DNA of 63,989 bases, counting the filler, from Basidiobolus ranarum (taxonomy: Eukaryota): assembly GCA_040143965.1 (NCBI GenBank). It is 4 parts of 4 records of this genome, joined end to end, with 100 filler letters (N's around TTAATTAATTAA, not from the genome) between each part and the next. Parts side by side here need not be neighbours in the genome. Positions count along the whole stretch, not along the records: positions 34,101 to 51,043 come from JASJQH010000324.1; positions 51,144 to 63,989 come from JASJQH010000517.1; 2 more parts are not named here. One strand, written 5' to 3'. This document shows, piece by piece, positions 48,524 to 61,259 of the stretch. Each line of letters starts with the position of its first letter. Positions within the stretch are counted from its first letter, which is position 1. Below the pieces are notes generated by a model that was not told the DNA's origin, did no database searches, and saw only the letters and a program-made list of their open reading frames with translations. The position numbers and the translations under genes are program-made.

Positions 48524-49869
48524 CTATGAGGTATCGGATATTCTGTTGTTCCTGTACTTGTTTCTCAAAGACAAATATAGGGCTAGCTCTCTTCTTGTGG
48601 GGCGTCTAGAATTAACGGATCCACTGACAGTTTTGATCAAGATCGAGCATAGTGCTGCAACATCTACTATGACCCTAGTCATGATTTGTGGCAAATCATG
48701 AGTGGCCTTTTGTACAGACAGACTTTTTCTCAAGAAAGCAATCAAGTCTTCTTCCTGTGAACCTTCAAATCCCAATTTATCGACGTTTTGACTGGCATTT
48801 CTCAAATTTTTCTGACTTTCCGAAGTATCTTCTCCATTGAGGGTTTGAACGTCTTCATCAACTTCGGCAATCTCTTGGTCTTCTACAAGTTTGTCCATTT
48901 TCTTAAAATCTTTATGAACGCTTTCCCTTCGGAGGATGGTGCTTTCAACAGAGCTACGGCGACTACGACTAATGGTGACTACCGAAGACCTAGAGCCACG
49001 CCGAAAATGTAAACTTAATCCGGAAGACTCACCCCTTTCTAGTACGGTTTCTGCTTGATCAATGAGGTTCTGAAGAACTCCACTAAGACGATCATAACGC
49101 TCATCAACATCTTCCGAGTCCGATCCAGTTGCAAGGAAATCCTCAAGGAACGCTTCATTTAACTCCTGTTATACGTTGAAAGTAATGGAGTGCAACATTT
49201 CATTAGCTATAGTAGATTGAGAAAGTATAAACAAATATAATCGGTTACATCAAACACGATTCCTTCATCATCCTCGTACGTATCATCCTCATTTTCAAAG
49301 CCATCTTCCTCGTCGAAGCTATTTGTTAATGGATTTTTCTATCTTAGAATACTTTAACAAATTAGATTCAAAAGCAATCGCTACTCACAAAGAAAATGTG
49401 ATTTCTGGGGCTTCAGCTCTATTCCTAAGGAGATTCAGTAAAGTCAGCAACATAATTGAATACCGTAGGAGTAAAGACCACTACTAACTGAGCTAGTTTC
49501 TCCTGCATCCCGTCAATGACTTCCTGCTGCTTTTCAAGTTGTTGTTGGAGAGTCTGTATGAGATCAGTCATGGCAGTCATCTAACAGAGTAGTAGGAGTA
49601 GTTAGCAACATAGAAGTAACATTGATGTAAGCTAAAGTAATTTCGGGACAGAAATAACACCGTAAGGTACATATGAAGCCTACCTCTTGGCAGATATCCC
49701 CCGAGCCTGACGTATTGATGACCGGGCTGGTTGTTGATGAGATAGTGTTGCTCCTAATTATCCGTGGCCTCCCGACACCCACACTAACATAGAACGGAGC
49801 ATTCAACTTTTCTAGGTCATGTGGATCTAGCCCGACATGTGAAGGCTCCGAAGATAATAAATCAGACAT
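48524..49869 (-). CDS. Hypothetical multi-exon acidic/coiled-coil protein
   Basis: Several spliceable acidic exons (ERYDRLSGVLQNLIDQAETVLER); boundaries uncertain; 48089-48298 may be a further exon. Confidence 0.45.
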
Positions 49870-51043
49870 TCCAAGACCAGCAACTGCGTTGTTGAGCGGC
49901 AAGTATAGGGCGAAAAGAGTAAGCGCTAATGGAAGGGCTTTTGGGAAGTTATCCTGATATTTATGTGGAGGAGAGATGTAGGGTTATATGTAAATTTTAA
50001 CCCTAGATATGGTTAATTGATGCAAGTTACTCTGATTTCCTAAGCACAAAGCTATAGATCAGTTAAGGAATTAGTTAAGAGGAAGAAATACTGGACCAAA
50101 TTCTAAATGATTCGCTTTTAAATATGAAAGTATCCAACTCGAGTATGATACGCAATGAAATGCCATGCACACCAATGCACCAACACGTAAGAGAATTGTT
50201 TTAAGTCGGGAAATGGGTTACAAAGATATGTGTTGGTATCCGTTTCATACTAGCTTTGGATAGGAATCTTGCAAACGGAAATGTTTCCAATACAAGTAGG
50301 ACACACAGCAATGTATAAGAATAATGTACACATATGCATAAACACACTAGACAATTGCTATGATGCTGGGACTTTGGCTGATGACTACTGGTGTTACCCA
50401 TCCCAAATACTGATCGGAGAGTTTGATTATACTCTGACATTTAAGCAATCACTGTTGTCTAGCAAAACGAAATGGACTTCTACTTTTTCACTCCGGTATA
50501 TAGTGTATCAAAACCATTGTTTTATGTGTCATTAATGGAGCCTCATTACAAACGTAGATTTGTAGATTCAAACTTACAAAACAGTTTGAAATATGTATAC
50601 AATGAGAATTTGCGTCTAGTGTAGACGAGTCGGTGAGAAGTTGATTCAATTCAATTCATGCACTCTAGAAAACATACGGATTACTCAACTGGATTCAATA
50701 TTACCTTGTGTTTGGTTCATCTTTTTACAAATCTTATCAAGACACATTTAGTCAGCCACCAGTCAAGGATTATCAGTTAGGCTCACAGTCATACATGTAT
50801 CCTATCCAAGAAAGATGGGTTCCGAGCTCACGTGTAGAGATGTTGGTGCTGCGTACAAAGATCCACTCCCAAGCATTGCTGCAAGCAGAACATGAGGTTC
50901 AGGACTTGGGCTCTTTCTCCTCTCCATGGGTCCCAGAATTAGTGACCGACAGAGAAGCGCATCCCCAATAAAGTTAGTTCAGCCATATATCGTTTGTATT
51001 TGAGGTTTCAGAGTTTGCAGTAAGCGCACTTGCATTAGAGAAC

Positions 51044-51143
51044 NNNNNNNNNNNNNNNNNNNNNNNNNNNNNNNNNNNNNNNNNNNNTTAATTAATTAAN
51101 NNNNNNNNNNNNNNNNNNNNNNNNNNNNNNNNNNNNNNNNNNN
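51044..51143. other. Artificial contig-joining spacer
   Basis: N44 + TTAATTAATTAA + N44. Confidence 0.98.
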
Positions 51144-51672
51144 CTTAACATATTCTACACGTTAGTTTGTTTACATCTTGACAAAACTATAAATGTCAAC
51201 TTTCTACTCAATAAATCAACAAGTGAAAACCACCAATTCCTCTAAGTCTCCAAACCACTTCCAACAGGCTCCCAAATACTTTAACAGGATATACTGAAAT
51301 AGTCAATTTGCTTAGACTGCTGGATTCTCAGCATTGATATAATGAGTAGTGAATTTGTGACTTTGCGCATAGAGATAACTAAACAGGCCTTTTTCATGTA
51401 AAACTTTTGATATATCTGACTAGTTAACCTGGCTAGGCAGAAGCCACAGGATCTTATGATGAAACTCCAGTTGCCCTTTGGATTACTAAGGGTCTAGATT
51501 TGTAGCATATAAAAAAGCACTTAACATTATGAGTAAACTAACTCTAGAGTAATTTAATTAGTAGAAATAGTTGTGTTTCCTAAGATTTAGTTCCAAGCAA
51601 TCTACTCTACATACTCATTTTACTAAAACTAAGGTGCAAAATATCTATAAAAGCCCACACTGACGAATCTAT

Positions 51673-53057
51673 CTACTCTAGATCTGATATCAGACTAACT
51701 GTAACTGTTTGATCAAAGGCCACACTGGCACAAAGCCCAGGCTTATCGTGATTCCAATCAATAGCACACACTGGCTGAGCAGATATTTTGGATGTATCCA
51801 AAGACTTCACTTGTCCATTGGGTTCACTGTGAGTATTAAGTTAAGGAACTAAACACTAATCTGCGAAATAGGAAATGTCATCATTGTACTGAAAAGGATA
51901 CTACTTGTGAAGTGCTATGCATCCATCTCCACCAGATGTCATGAAAAAATCGGGGTTCTGAGGTAGATGTCGGATGCACCATATAGTGGACTCATGGGCC
52001 TAAGAATAAGAAAGGTTAGAGGAGACTTACTGATAATTTACCAATTGAAGTGTACACCAACTTTGTATTCATGATGCGCAACGTGATCTGTTTGCTGATT
52101 GAAAACATTCAATTTGGATTGAACAGTAGTAGCCACCAAGTTACAGTTCGGGGAAGTCTTTTGGCTGAACTCTAGAGAGCAAATCTTGAAAAGGTATGAG
52201 GAACAACGTGAATCAAAGTGAAGAACTATCTAGCGCTTATTTATCTCCTACCCCATCCTTCACATTATCGCCCCAAATAAAGCTCATATTTCTCAAGTCG
52301 ACAAGTTTGATGTCTCCATTGTCATAACCGATGCCCACACTACGTTCTTGATCACTCCATGAGTTTCCTATTAAATCACTCAACATAAATAGACGAAAAT
52401 TTCAGTTGATTTAAGAGAATCTTCTTACCAAATGCTACAGCCCAAACATCAGCCCCAGGTTTAGTTGGATTAATGATACCTACAGGCGTAGCTTTCTGCC
52501 TAGTGTCCCAAATTTTAACCGACCCTGTGATTTAATACATTCGTTGTTAACCAAGGTGAAGAGTCGATAGCAAGGGCTTCTATATCTACCATCTCTACTA
52601 CCGGTGGCGATTTCCGGTGGGCCGTTTTTGGCTATACTCCCTCCACAACCATCTATACAATTGATTATCTCTTTATGAGCTTGAACCGAGTAAACTGGCA
52701 TCTCCAATCGTTCCAGATTCCATAAAGATAATTTCCCCGAGAAATCTCCAGTTGCAAAATGACGTGTATGTAAACTAGAAGAAGCAAAGGTACCACACTT
52801 GAAGACCTCATGCTTTTCTGTCTAAATATCCGGTGTTGAATGTTTCAGCTCAAAGAATAAGTGGACTTATTGTAACATTCGAAAATTACCTCCTCTAATA
52901 GCGATATTCCGTTCGCATCTATATCATATATCTGTATACTACCCATTCCATCAATAGATTGCCCAATAAGGGTAAGCTTACTAGAGGATGGGATCCACTT
53001 GACATCAAAGGCGATGAAAGGTAGACTCTTGGTAGCGTAAGTGTGAAAGTTTGGCAT
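51673..53057 (-). CDS. WDR92: WD40 protein WDR92/DNAAF10 (R2TP/prefoldin-like associated)
   Basis: [79 protein letters not shown]; 6 introns. Confidence 0.88.
51827..51901 (-). other. U12-type GT-AG intron in WDR92
   Basis: Minus strand 5' site GTATCCTTTT; branch TTCCTTAAC 13 nt before the end of the AG; splicing gives HKY-EP. Confidence 0.9.
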
Positions 53058-54374
53058 TTAGTTTTGTTGCAGTGAACTGGCTAAGAGTTGAAGGATTGTA
53101 TTAACTAGAATATATTCCATGGGACAAAATCCGGTCCACATTCTAATATTGAATAATCCAGTCAAAATAATCTGGCAGAAAATCATCAGTTTTGAAGTTA
53201 AGAGGTGCGGTAAGCCAATCGATTGCAAGATTGTTGAGCTGTTTTGTCCAACTTTATTTGATCAAAAGATGCCAATAAAATTGGCCATATTATTTGACTC
53301 ATCCGACCCAACACACTCGTCCCGCCAGAGCATCTTAGTCATATCCAAGATTTGGATGTTGAAATTAGAACTTAGTGTATAGAATTAGATACCTTGGTAA
53401 TGGACTTCAAGAGGATTACTCGCGAGACAAGGGCTATACAAATGTCGCGCTTACATCTCGTACAGTTAGAGAGCTTGCTAGTCCTATCCTCAAGTTTGCA
53501 TCAAATAGAAATCAATAATCCGCATCTCAAGTAGGTAGCAGTGTATGAAGGACTAATGCTTGGCTTCAAATAAAGTAGGATCGTTAAGATCTACCTGGAT
53601 AGGGGACAACAAAAGTTATTCACTTCTTGTTCCGATGTTTGGCTCAACACTTGGAAGTTCAAGGTTTATGGAATGGACCTCCAATAACCTTTGGGTTGTT
53701 TGAATAATGATAATAATGTGAAAAGACAGGCAAAGAACTACTCACTCGGACCTAGTGCATCATCAGGGCCCAAACTGGATCTATTTTGTCACAGTGTCTC
53801 TCTGTGAGTTGCAAAATTATGTTTGCTTCAGGGTCTGATAACGGTCAGGTCGCTTTACCCTTCCACAGCTTTGAATGAGGATGGTTTCAGGAGTACATAA
53901 TTGTATGCATCTTGAGAGATAAGTGTAAAACCCACTCCAAATTTAGCCAAATTTCACTCATTCCACCGTCGATGTTATTACCATTTCAATTGAATAATCA
54001 AGAACTTAGCCATCGATGACCACGCAGTGTAGCCCAAATTAGTATCTAAAATTAAATCATCAACTTAACAGCTGTGACGTATTGTTAATTAGTAAATTGG
54101 CTTGATTGTAATATACATATTTGTCACACTGATCAATTCTCTAACCCTTTTTATCGGTGTCGTCATACGCTTATCGAAGTTTTAATGAGACAAGTGAGTC
54201 CCCTATCAAGCTATTGAACAAGATTAGTCAACTACACTATTGTACAGCCCAATTGGGTTCGTTTTGATTGCGTGATCTTTTTTTACACTACCCCGGATGC
54301 CGTAATACTCAAGTAGGGTAAATATTGAGCAACCACTTCATATTACCTACTATCAATACTACCTCTGCAAGAAT

Positions 54375-56163
54375 ATGACAACAGTTGACGAAAAACAAGT
54401 GTGGAGCAAAGACGAGCTAGAAGAACTAGGAAGTGAGATTCTGAAAGCTAGTGTCGAAGAAATCAGAAATAGAACTAGACTTTTTGATAATGACATAAAG
54501 GTTGGTAGCCTAACCTTGTAAGCATTTCTGCCTCTTTGCACAAACATGTCTCATTAACACCCACTTTTTTACCAGGTGATGCGCAGTGAACAAATGAGAC
54601 TTCAGCATGAACAAGCTGCTATGACTGAAAGAATTAGAGAAAACAAGGAGAAGATCAAAATGAACAAACAGCTGCCTTATCTAGTTGGAAATGTGGTCGA
54701 GGTAGGTAGTCTTAGCTCCATTTAGGTAGATGGAAGGTACTAATTTACATTCAAGATTATGGATATGGATCCAAATGAGGATGCGGAAGAAGAAGGTGCC
54801 AATATCGATCTTGATGCACATCGCAAAGGCAAATGCGCCGTTGTAAAGACCTCCACTCGCCAGGTATTCCCTTCATATCCAGTGCATACCTGTATATACG
54901 TTTGAAACCCACTGACCCTTAATTATAGACCATATTTCTTCCACTTATCGGTCTCGTTGATCATGACAAGCTAAGGCCAGGAGATTTAATTGGAATGAAC
55001 AAAGACAGCTATTTGGTTTTAGATACGCTTCCCGCGGAGTAAGTTTCATGTGCAATTGCCATTCCTACATTTATTCTTACCATAACTGATTATAGATACG
55101 ATTCTCGTGTCAAGGCGATGGAAGTCGATGAGAAGCCAACCGAAGACTATACCGATATTGGAGGCTTAGATAAGCAAATTGAAGAGTTAGTCGAAGCTAT
55201 TGTACTCCCCATGACACATGCTGAGAGATTCAAAAATCTTGGTGTCAAACCCCCCAAAGGTAAGCATCATCCAAAATCTTCTTGCATAGTTCGGTACTAA
55301 TTCGTTTGTTTAGGTGTTTTAATGTATGGCCCTCCAGGTACCGGAAAGACATTACTTGCTCGTGCCTGTGCCGCGCAGACCAACTCTACATACCTTAAGC
55401 TTGCCGGTCCTCAACTTGTCCAAGTAAGTAATTGCTTGCATACAAAAATTATTCCAATGGTTGACTTACAATATCCAATGTAGATGTTTATCGGAGATGG
55501 TGCTAAACTAGTGCGTGACGCCTTTGAGCTTGCTAAAGAGAAAGCTCCATCAATCATCTTTATTGATGAATTGGATGCTGTTGGTACCAAGCGTTTCGAT
55601 AGTGAAAAGAGTGGTGATCGTGAAGTTCAAAGAACTATGTTGGAGTTGTTAAATCAATTGGATGGCTTCAATAGTGATGATAGAATTAAGGTTTGTAGTA
55701 GTCAGATACTGTGATCGTTACTGTTACCGTCACCATTGACATTAAGAGTTCATTTTAGGTTATCGCTGCCACAAATCGTATTGATATCCTTGACCCAGCA
55801 CTTTTGCGTTCCGGGCGTTTGGATAGAAAGATCGAGTTCCCTTTGCCTACCGAAGAGGCACGTGCTCGTATTTTACAAATTCACTCCCGTAAAATGACGG
55901 TTGGACCAAATGTGAACTTTGAAGAGTTGGCACGTTGTTGCGACGAATTCAATGGAGCGCAATGTAAGGCGGTGTGTGTTGAAGCAGGTATGCTTGCTCT
56001 GCGTCGTGGTGCTGTCGAACTTAGCCACGAAGACTTTATGGATGGTAGGTTTTTTTTTTGAAAACACTGTTTATTTCTATTGAGCGTAGTTATTTACTCT
56101 TTGTTAACAGGAATTCAAGAAGTGATGGCCAAGAAGAAGACTTCTCTGAAATACTTCGCATAA
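54375..56163 (+). CDS. RPT5: 26S proteasome regulatory AAA-ATPase subunit 6A
   Basis: [61 protein letters not shown]-terminal KYFA; 8 introns. Confidence 0.97.
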
Positions 56164-57813
56164 AACTGAGATCTCATATATGCTATATTTATCGTCTCCC
56201 TCTGTCCTCGCCTCTCACCAATGGGCTCACTATTCTGTTGACGGCTGTAAAGCCAGTTTATAAAGTTTTTAGATCATGATATCTAGATTCGATTTGTAGT
56301 TATTTGAAATCATCTTTATTTTATGCAGTTCTGTGACTCAACATAAATGTATTGATATTACTATCGAGATCACGTGTAGCTCCCGTGTTATTTATGGAAT
56401 TGTAATAACGTTGAGTGAATCCTAGTAAACCCGTCAGATTACACAAGCAACTTGAATGAGTGGCAATGCACACTGTGTATAATCTGATACGTGAGAACGT
56501 CTACTTGTAAACCGTGCATATCTGCTCGGTTTCAAACCGAATCTATGATTTCTACTGAAATACGAGTTATTTGTGTATTAGAGATTGCTTGGTCAATGCT
56601 TGATGGACTTTCCAAGTACACCAGGAGCCTATTGTACCTGCGCCTTATCTTAAACCTGACACGATAGAACTACCTTTAGGGTGTGCCATGGGCACTGGCT
56701 ATGGACTACTCAATCGTCAGCCATCTCTCAATATTCAAGCTATGATGAGGGTGAATTTAGTCATTGGTAAACATAAAACTACTGGTATACCCTCCAATAT
56801 CAAGCATCTGAGATATCTCCGAGCTTTATGGAGTAATCAAAATTGTTCATACCTATCGTCTTGATCCCAAGCATCTCTTAACCTCATCCATGGTACTTTA
56901 CATCGATAGTCAAGGACTAGCGACCAATTTTCCAAAGCGCTTTTAACTTTCTCAAATACATAACAATACCAAAGATGAAAACAGATCGAAAGATGGGGAT
57001 GAAATATCTCAACATTCCATAGTATCCACGGTAAATCTCGGATGGATGATCCGACATCAAGAGGAAGTGAGTTTGGTTAAATCGGAGATTTGAGAGGCTT
57101 ATTTCAAATGAGTTTAAATAATTCCAAATTAAGGATGTATATATGCATCTAGCCGGAAGTGTTGATGTCAGCCAAGGGCGTAGAATGCACAAGATCGATA
57201 TTTTACATCGTATGATACAACTACGTTGAAGATCTCTGCCCTGGCTGATCGTCGTTTCTATTAAGAATCATTAGAGTCTAATCAATACTTCAGGCCTCCT
57301 AGCATACTTTGCCGGTGGATTACTGGAAAAGATATGAAGGAACTGTTTACTTTAGTAATCATGGTGCTGTTGAATCTAAGAATGATGCTTAAAGAATCCA
57401 GCACGAGGATCTTTAGATCTGCAAGATAGAGAGGAAAGATGTGTGAATAGTATCAACCGGACAATTCGTCAAATCTTTGAAACAGATTTGTAATGAACAT
57501 TTAAGCGCAATTATAATACTCCAGTTCGCGTTACTATGAGTGGATGAGATATATGATGCAGGTTGTAAATAACATGCCATACTTGGCTTCTCTTGCGCGA
57601 GTCTCTGCTACAGCTTGCAAAATAAACATATCAAATCGAAACTGCTTCCAAAATATCAATAGAAATGATTTTATTCGAGAGCGCACTTGTCTCTCCACTC
57701 TTGGAGTTCGGAGGGGTTGGTGTATGGATGTGGCATTACAAATGTGAAGATGATGCGATTTTGATCTTGATAGAAATAGTTGATGCTCTAAGACTTCGCT
57801 AGAAATAATGGCG

Positions 57814-59142
57814 TTAGTCTTTACCACTCATGGATTGTGGTAGCTTGATGAGTATCTGCTGAGCATCTGACGTAGGAAAGGAACGAGCAATATCGATGGC
57901 TTTCTGACAACAGGACTCAACAATCTCCGAGGTTCGTTCGATTGCTTTGGTCTGTCGTATGATATCATACATCTATATGGTGAACGTTGTTAGTTTCGGC
58001 CACCATGATTGCGAAGCAAATAAAGACTTACCTCAAATACGTCGCTATTGGATTCAAAAGATCCATGCTTAATCGAGATTTTCAATGCTTCGTGGGTTTC
58101 CATCGCGAGAATAAGAGGCCCCGAGAAGATAGATGGCTTGAAGTCACTCTTCTTCTCTTCGATAGCAGTTTTCCACTCTTGGACATCTTGATGAAGCTTT
58201 GCATGCTTGTTAGTGGTAAACCATCATCGTGAATAACAAGAAATCATTTACCTTAATGGCGATCCCTAGCTCCTTTCCATATAGATACGCCGAGTTTATA
58301 ACCTTAGATTCACAACGACCTAAGATAGCTGCCGCCTTACAGCTGTTCGCCATCAAAGAAGCATGCTTGAGGTATATCTGATCCAGGCAGCGTTCGAAGT
58401 TTAGGCTTTTCTCGGTCACTGCCTCAGTAGCCTTCATAAATTCCCCTTTAACTTGATTTTCGATGGCTAAGGCAATGAGCTCCACAACTTCTGGGACTCT
58501 TAACCGAGCAAGTCCCATGGAGGCGCGAGTTAGCAGAAAATCTCCTCCCAGGACCGACAGTTTGTTTCCCTTAGCGGCCTTTGCGGTTTCGGGAGTACTC
58601 TCTGACATAGAATAGTCCAAAACATCATCATGAATCAATGACGCGGTATGAATCATTTCAGTAATCTCCGAGAGGCTACGCTGTTCAGGTAAAATACCAT
58701 TCTGGAGTTTATCTTTTAATTCCGAACCGTTCACCGCACGAGACATCATCAAAACTATCAAGGGATGAATATGGTTGTAACCTTCTTCTAAATAATATTT
58801 ACTCATGGTTCGTAGTAATGGGTGCTCCAAGTCTAACCAGTCTGACATACTACTACCTAGCTCAGACACATCTTCACCAATCAATGTATCGGGATTGATG
58901 TATGAGCCACCTGGGTGCTTGATTAAGCACTCGGCATCTTGAACGGTCTGAGTCCAAGTATGAGAGTATCGCAGCAGAGCAGAAGTATGCTCTAATTTGT
59001 ATGAGCAAGTTGAGACGGGGAATAAAGAAGGTAACTCTCTAACGGGGAGAGACATGCTTTTGACCGGGGAGGAATGGAGCCTCGATGCTTGTCGAAAGAA
59101 TGCCCGACGAGTCTGAGAGGAAAGAAATGATATAGAGCTCAT
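57814..59142 (-). CDS. Mitochondrial trans-polyprenyl diphosphate synthase family subunit, degenerate (Dlp1/PDSS2-like)
   Basis: EITEMIHTASLIHDDVLD, GNKLSVLGGDFLL, YLKHASLMANSCKAAA; second Asp-rich motif replaced by LHQDVQE; 2 introns. Confidence 0.8.
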
Positions 59143-60272
59143 ATTTTAATAAAATAAACCTGGCTTCAAATATCTATATAAAAGAGTCTATAAAGAGACA
59201 TTTAGACATTGAGTTGCAATAGACAATAAGTTAACCTCGCAAGATATTATGAATCTAGGCTTACTTTCAATAATATCAGTTGCTTTGCGAAATATTGAGA
59301 CAGTCCCTTCGCTACGCTCCGCGTCCGACTGCAAAAAGTGACCAAGGTGATGGGCTGAAACGAAGAGCACAAAAATTTTGGCCACACTACATTGATAACC
59401 ATTCGCTCATCACAATTTTCAAATCAATGCCACCTAAATCGATTTTATGATCTCTGCCTTATTTATGGTTCTTACTATGCCAAACTAAGATTTAAGAATA
59501 ATTCTTAGAAACATGGCTCGAAATTGCCTATACAGCCAATGTTTAGCAGGATTCTGACTCGAAAACATAGAAACCCAAGCCATCTTAGACCAACCATGTG
59601 CGCAACACGTTGTGTTTGCAGTATAGACAGTAAGGCTGTATATAGTCTCTGCTGCGTCGGTCTATAGCACAGCCAGCATCGAAGAATCTTGAATCTACTT
59701 GGTCTCGTGTCCAGATACTAGGTGTAGTAGAATATATTGCGAGTTTGATGTTTGACTTCTTCCAATGTTAACAAGAGGCGACGGTATCTTGAGAGGACAC
59801 CATTCGGGTCTCCAACATCATAAATAGATAGACCATTGCTAAAGGAGCACTCTTGAATATATCTCACCAAAATCACTGGAGCAATCATCAAGCATATCAC
59901 CAAATCTTGATTTGTGTGTTCCAACTGATACTGAACCCTTAATCTTTAAGGAGTAACGATCTATGTATATTACATAGAAGCACATTTGTCTTGAACATAC
60001 ATTTAAATATCCCACCTCTACCTTACTCGCCCTCATAAGTATAAATGAGAAGCTGGGGGAAAATAGAACAATCTGATGCACTCTATAATATAAAATGATA
60101 ATAGTCGTCACATTTATCGAATCCATCTGATTTCAAATTCCCACACATCGAATCAATGCAAGGATTTTGAGTACGACAGCCCTATCATAGTTCACCAATT
60201 GTTTCACCATGTTTGCAATGCTTTATACATCAGAGTGGATGTTCTAACTCTTCAAAAAATACTGCAAACAAG

Positions 60273-60976
60273 ATGGTCATTCTAACTTCAGCAGATGGTA
60301 AAGAATTCACTACAGATAGAGAAGTCGTTCAAAGGTCCAAAGTTCTACGCGATATGCTTGAGGACGTTGGCGAGACCGACCAGCCTATTCCCGTACCCAA
60401 CGTAGACAGCTCTGTATTGGAAAAGGTGAGCTTTCGTTCATATAAAAATAGATACCCTACAATAACAGTGGAAATGATTAAACTTCACCTTTTATTCTAC
60501 TAGGTTTTGGAATTCTGCGAATATCATCGTAGCGACCCACTAGACATGGACGAGGAGTCAGACGACGAAGGTAATAAAATTGACGACATTTTGGATTGGG
60601 ATAGAAAGTTCATTCAAGTAGATGTGGAAATGTTGAAGCAACTTATTTTGGTTGGTTTTTAAACTGTCAGATATATATGTTCGTGAAAGCGAAATTTATT
60701 TCCATATTTTTAAATGCGTTTAGGCTTCCAATTACTTGGATATTAAGCAACTCTCGTAAGTTCAGCAACAAGTATTTTGACAACTCGCTCACCTCAACTC
60801 TTACACTTTTACTGTTCTCCAGTGACGTTTCAACTAAAACCGCGGCTAGCTTACTTAAGGGGAAGACACCGGAAGAGATCCGTCAGCTCTTTGGTATTGA
60901 AAATGACTTTACTCCCGCGGAGGAGGAGCAATTACGGAGAGATAATGAATGGGCAGACCCAAACCTGAAGTGCTAA
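60273..60976 (+). CDS. SKP1: Skp1-family SCF adaptor (divergent)
   Basis: [60 protein letters not shown]; 3 introns. Confidence 0.88.
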
Positions 60977-61259
60977 ATAAATGTCTACAAGCAATGATCA
61001 ATGAATGTGATAGTAAATGGGATTACCTAGATCATCTTTTTACTTGACCAAGCTAAATGTGCAATATAGAATCATGCCAAATGGTGGTTTTGCACAATAC
61101 TCGATTCATGGTTTATTTGAAAAAAGGGAATTTATTTACATCAAAAATAACGGCAGTGAATGAGTTTATTACTCAATGTATTTAGTAGTGCAAAATACCA
61201 AACAAACGTTGAACAGGTGTATCTCTTTCAAATAAGATGTCAAGACAAAACTAGTAAAA

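Noticed and set aside
16953-51143. Recurrent TTAATTAATTAA inside N runs, and any gene cluster spanning them
   Set aside because: Artificial joiners; segment lengths (16952, 16948, 16943) fall in order as in size-sorted contigs, so linking DAL3 or the peptide gene to the nickel permease, or FCP1 to the CTDSPL2-like gene, is unsupported
56917-57827. Short minus-strand ORFs including LKILVLDSLS (Walker-B-like)
   Set aside because: Could not assemble a coherent spliced gene
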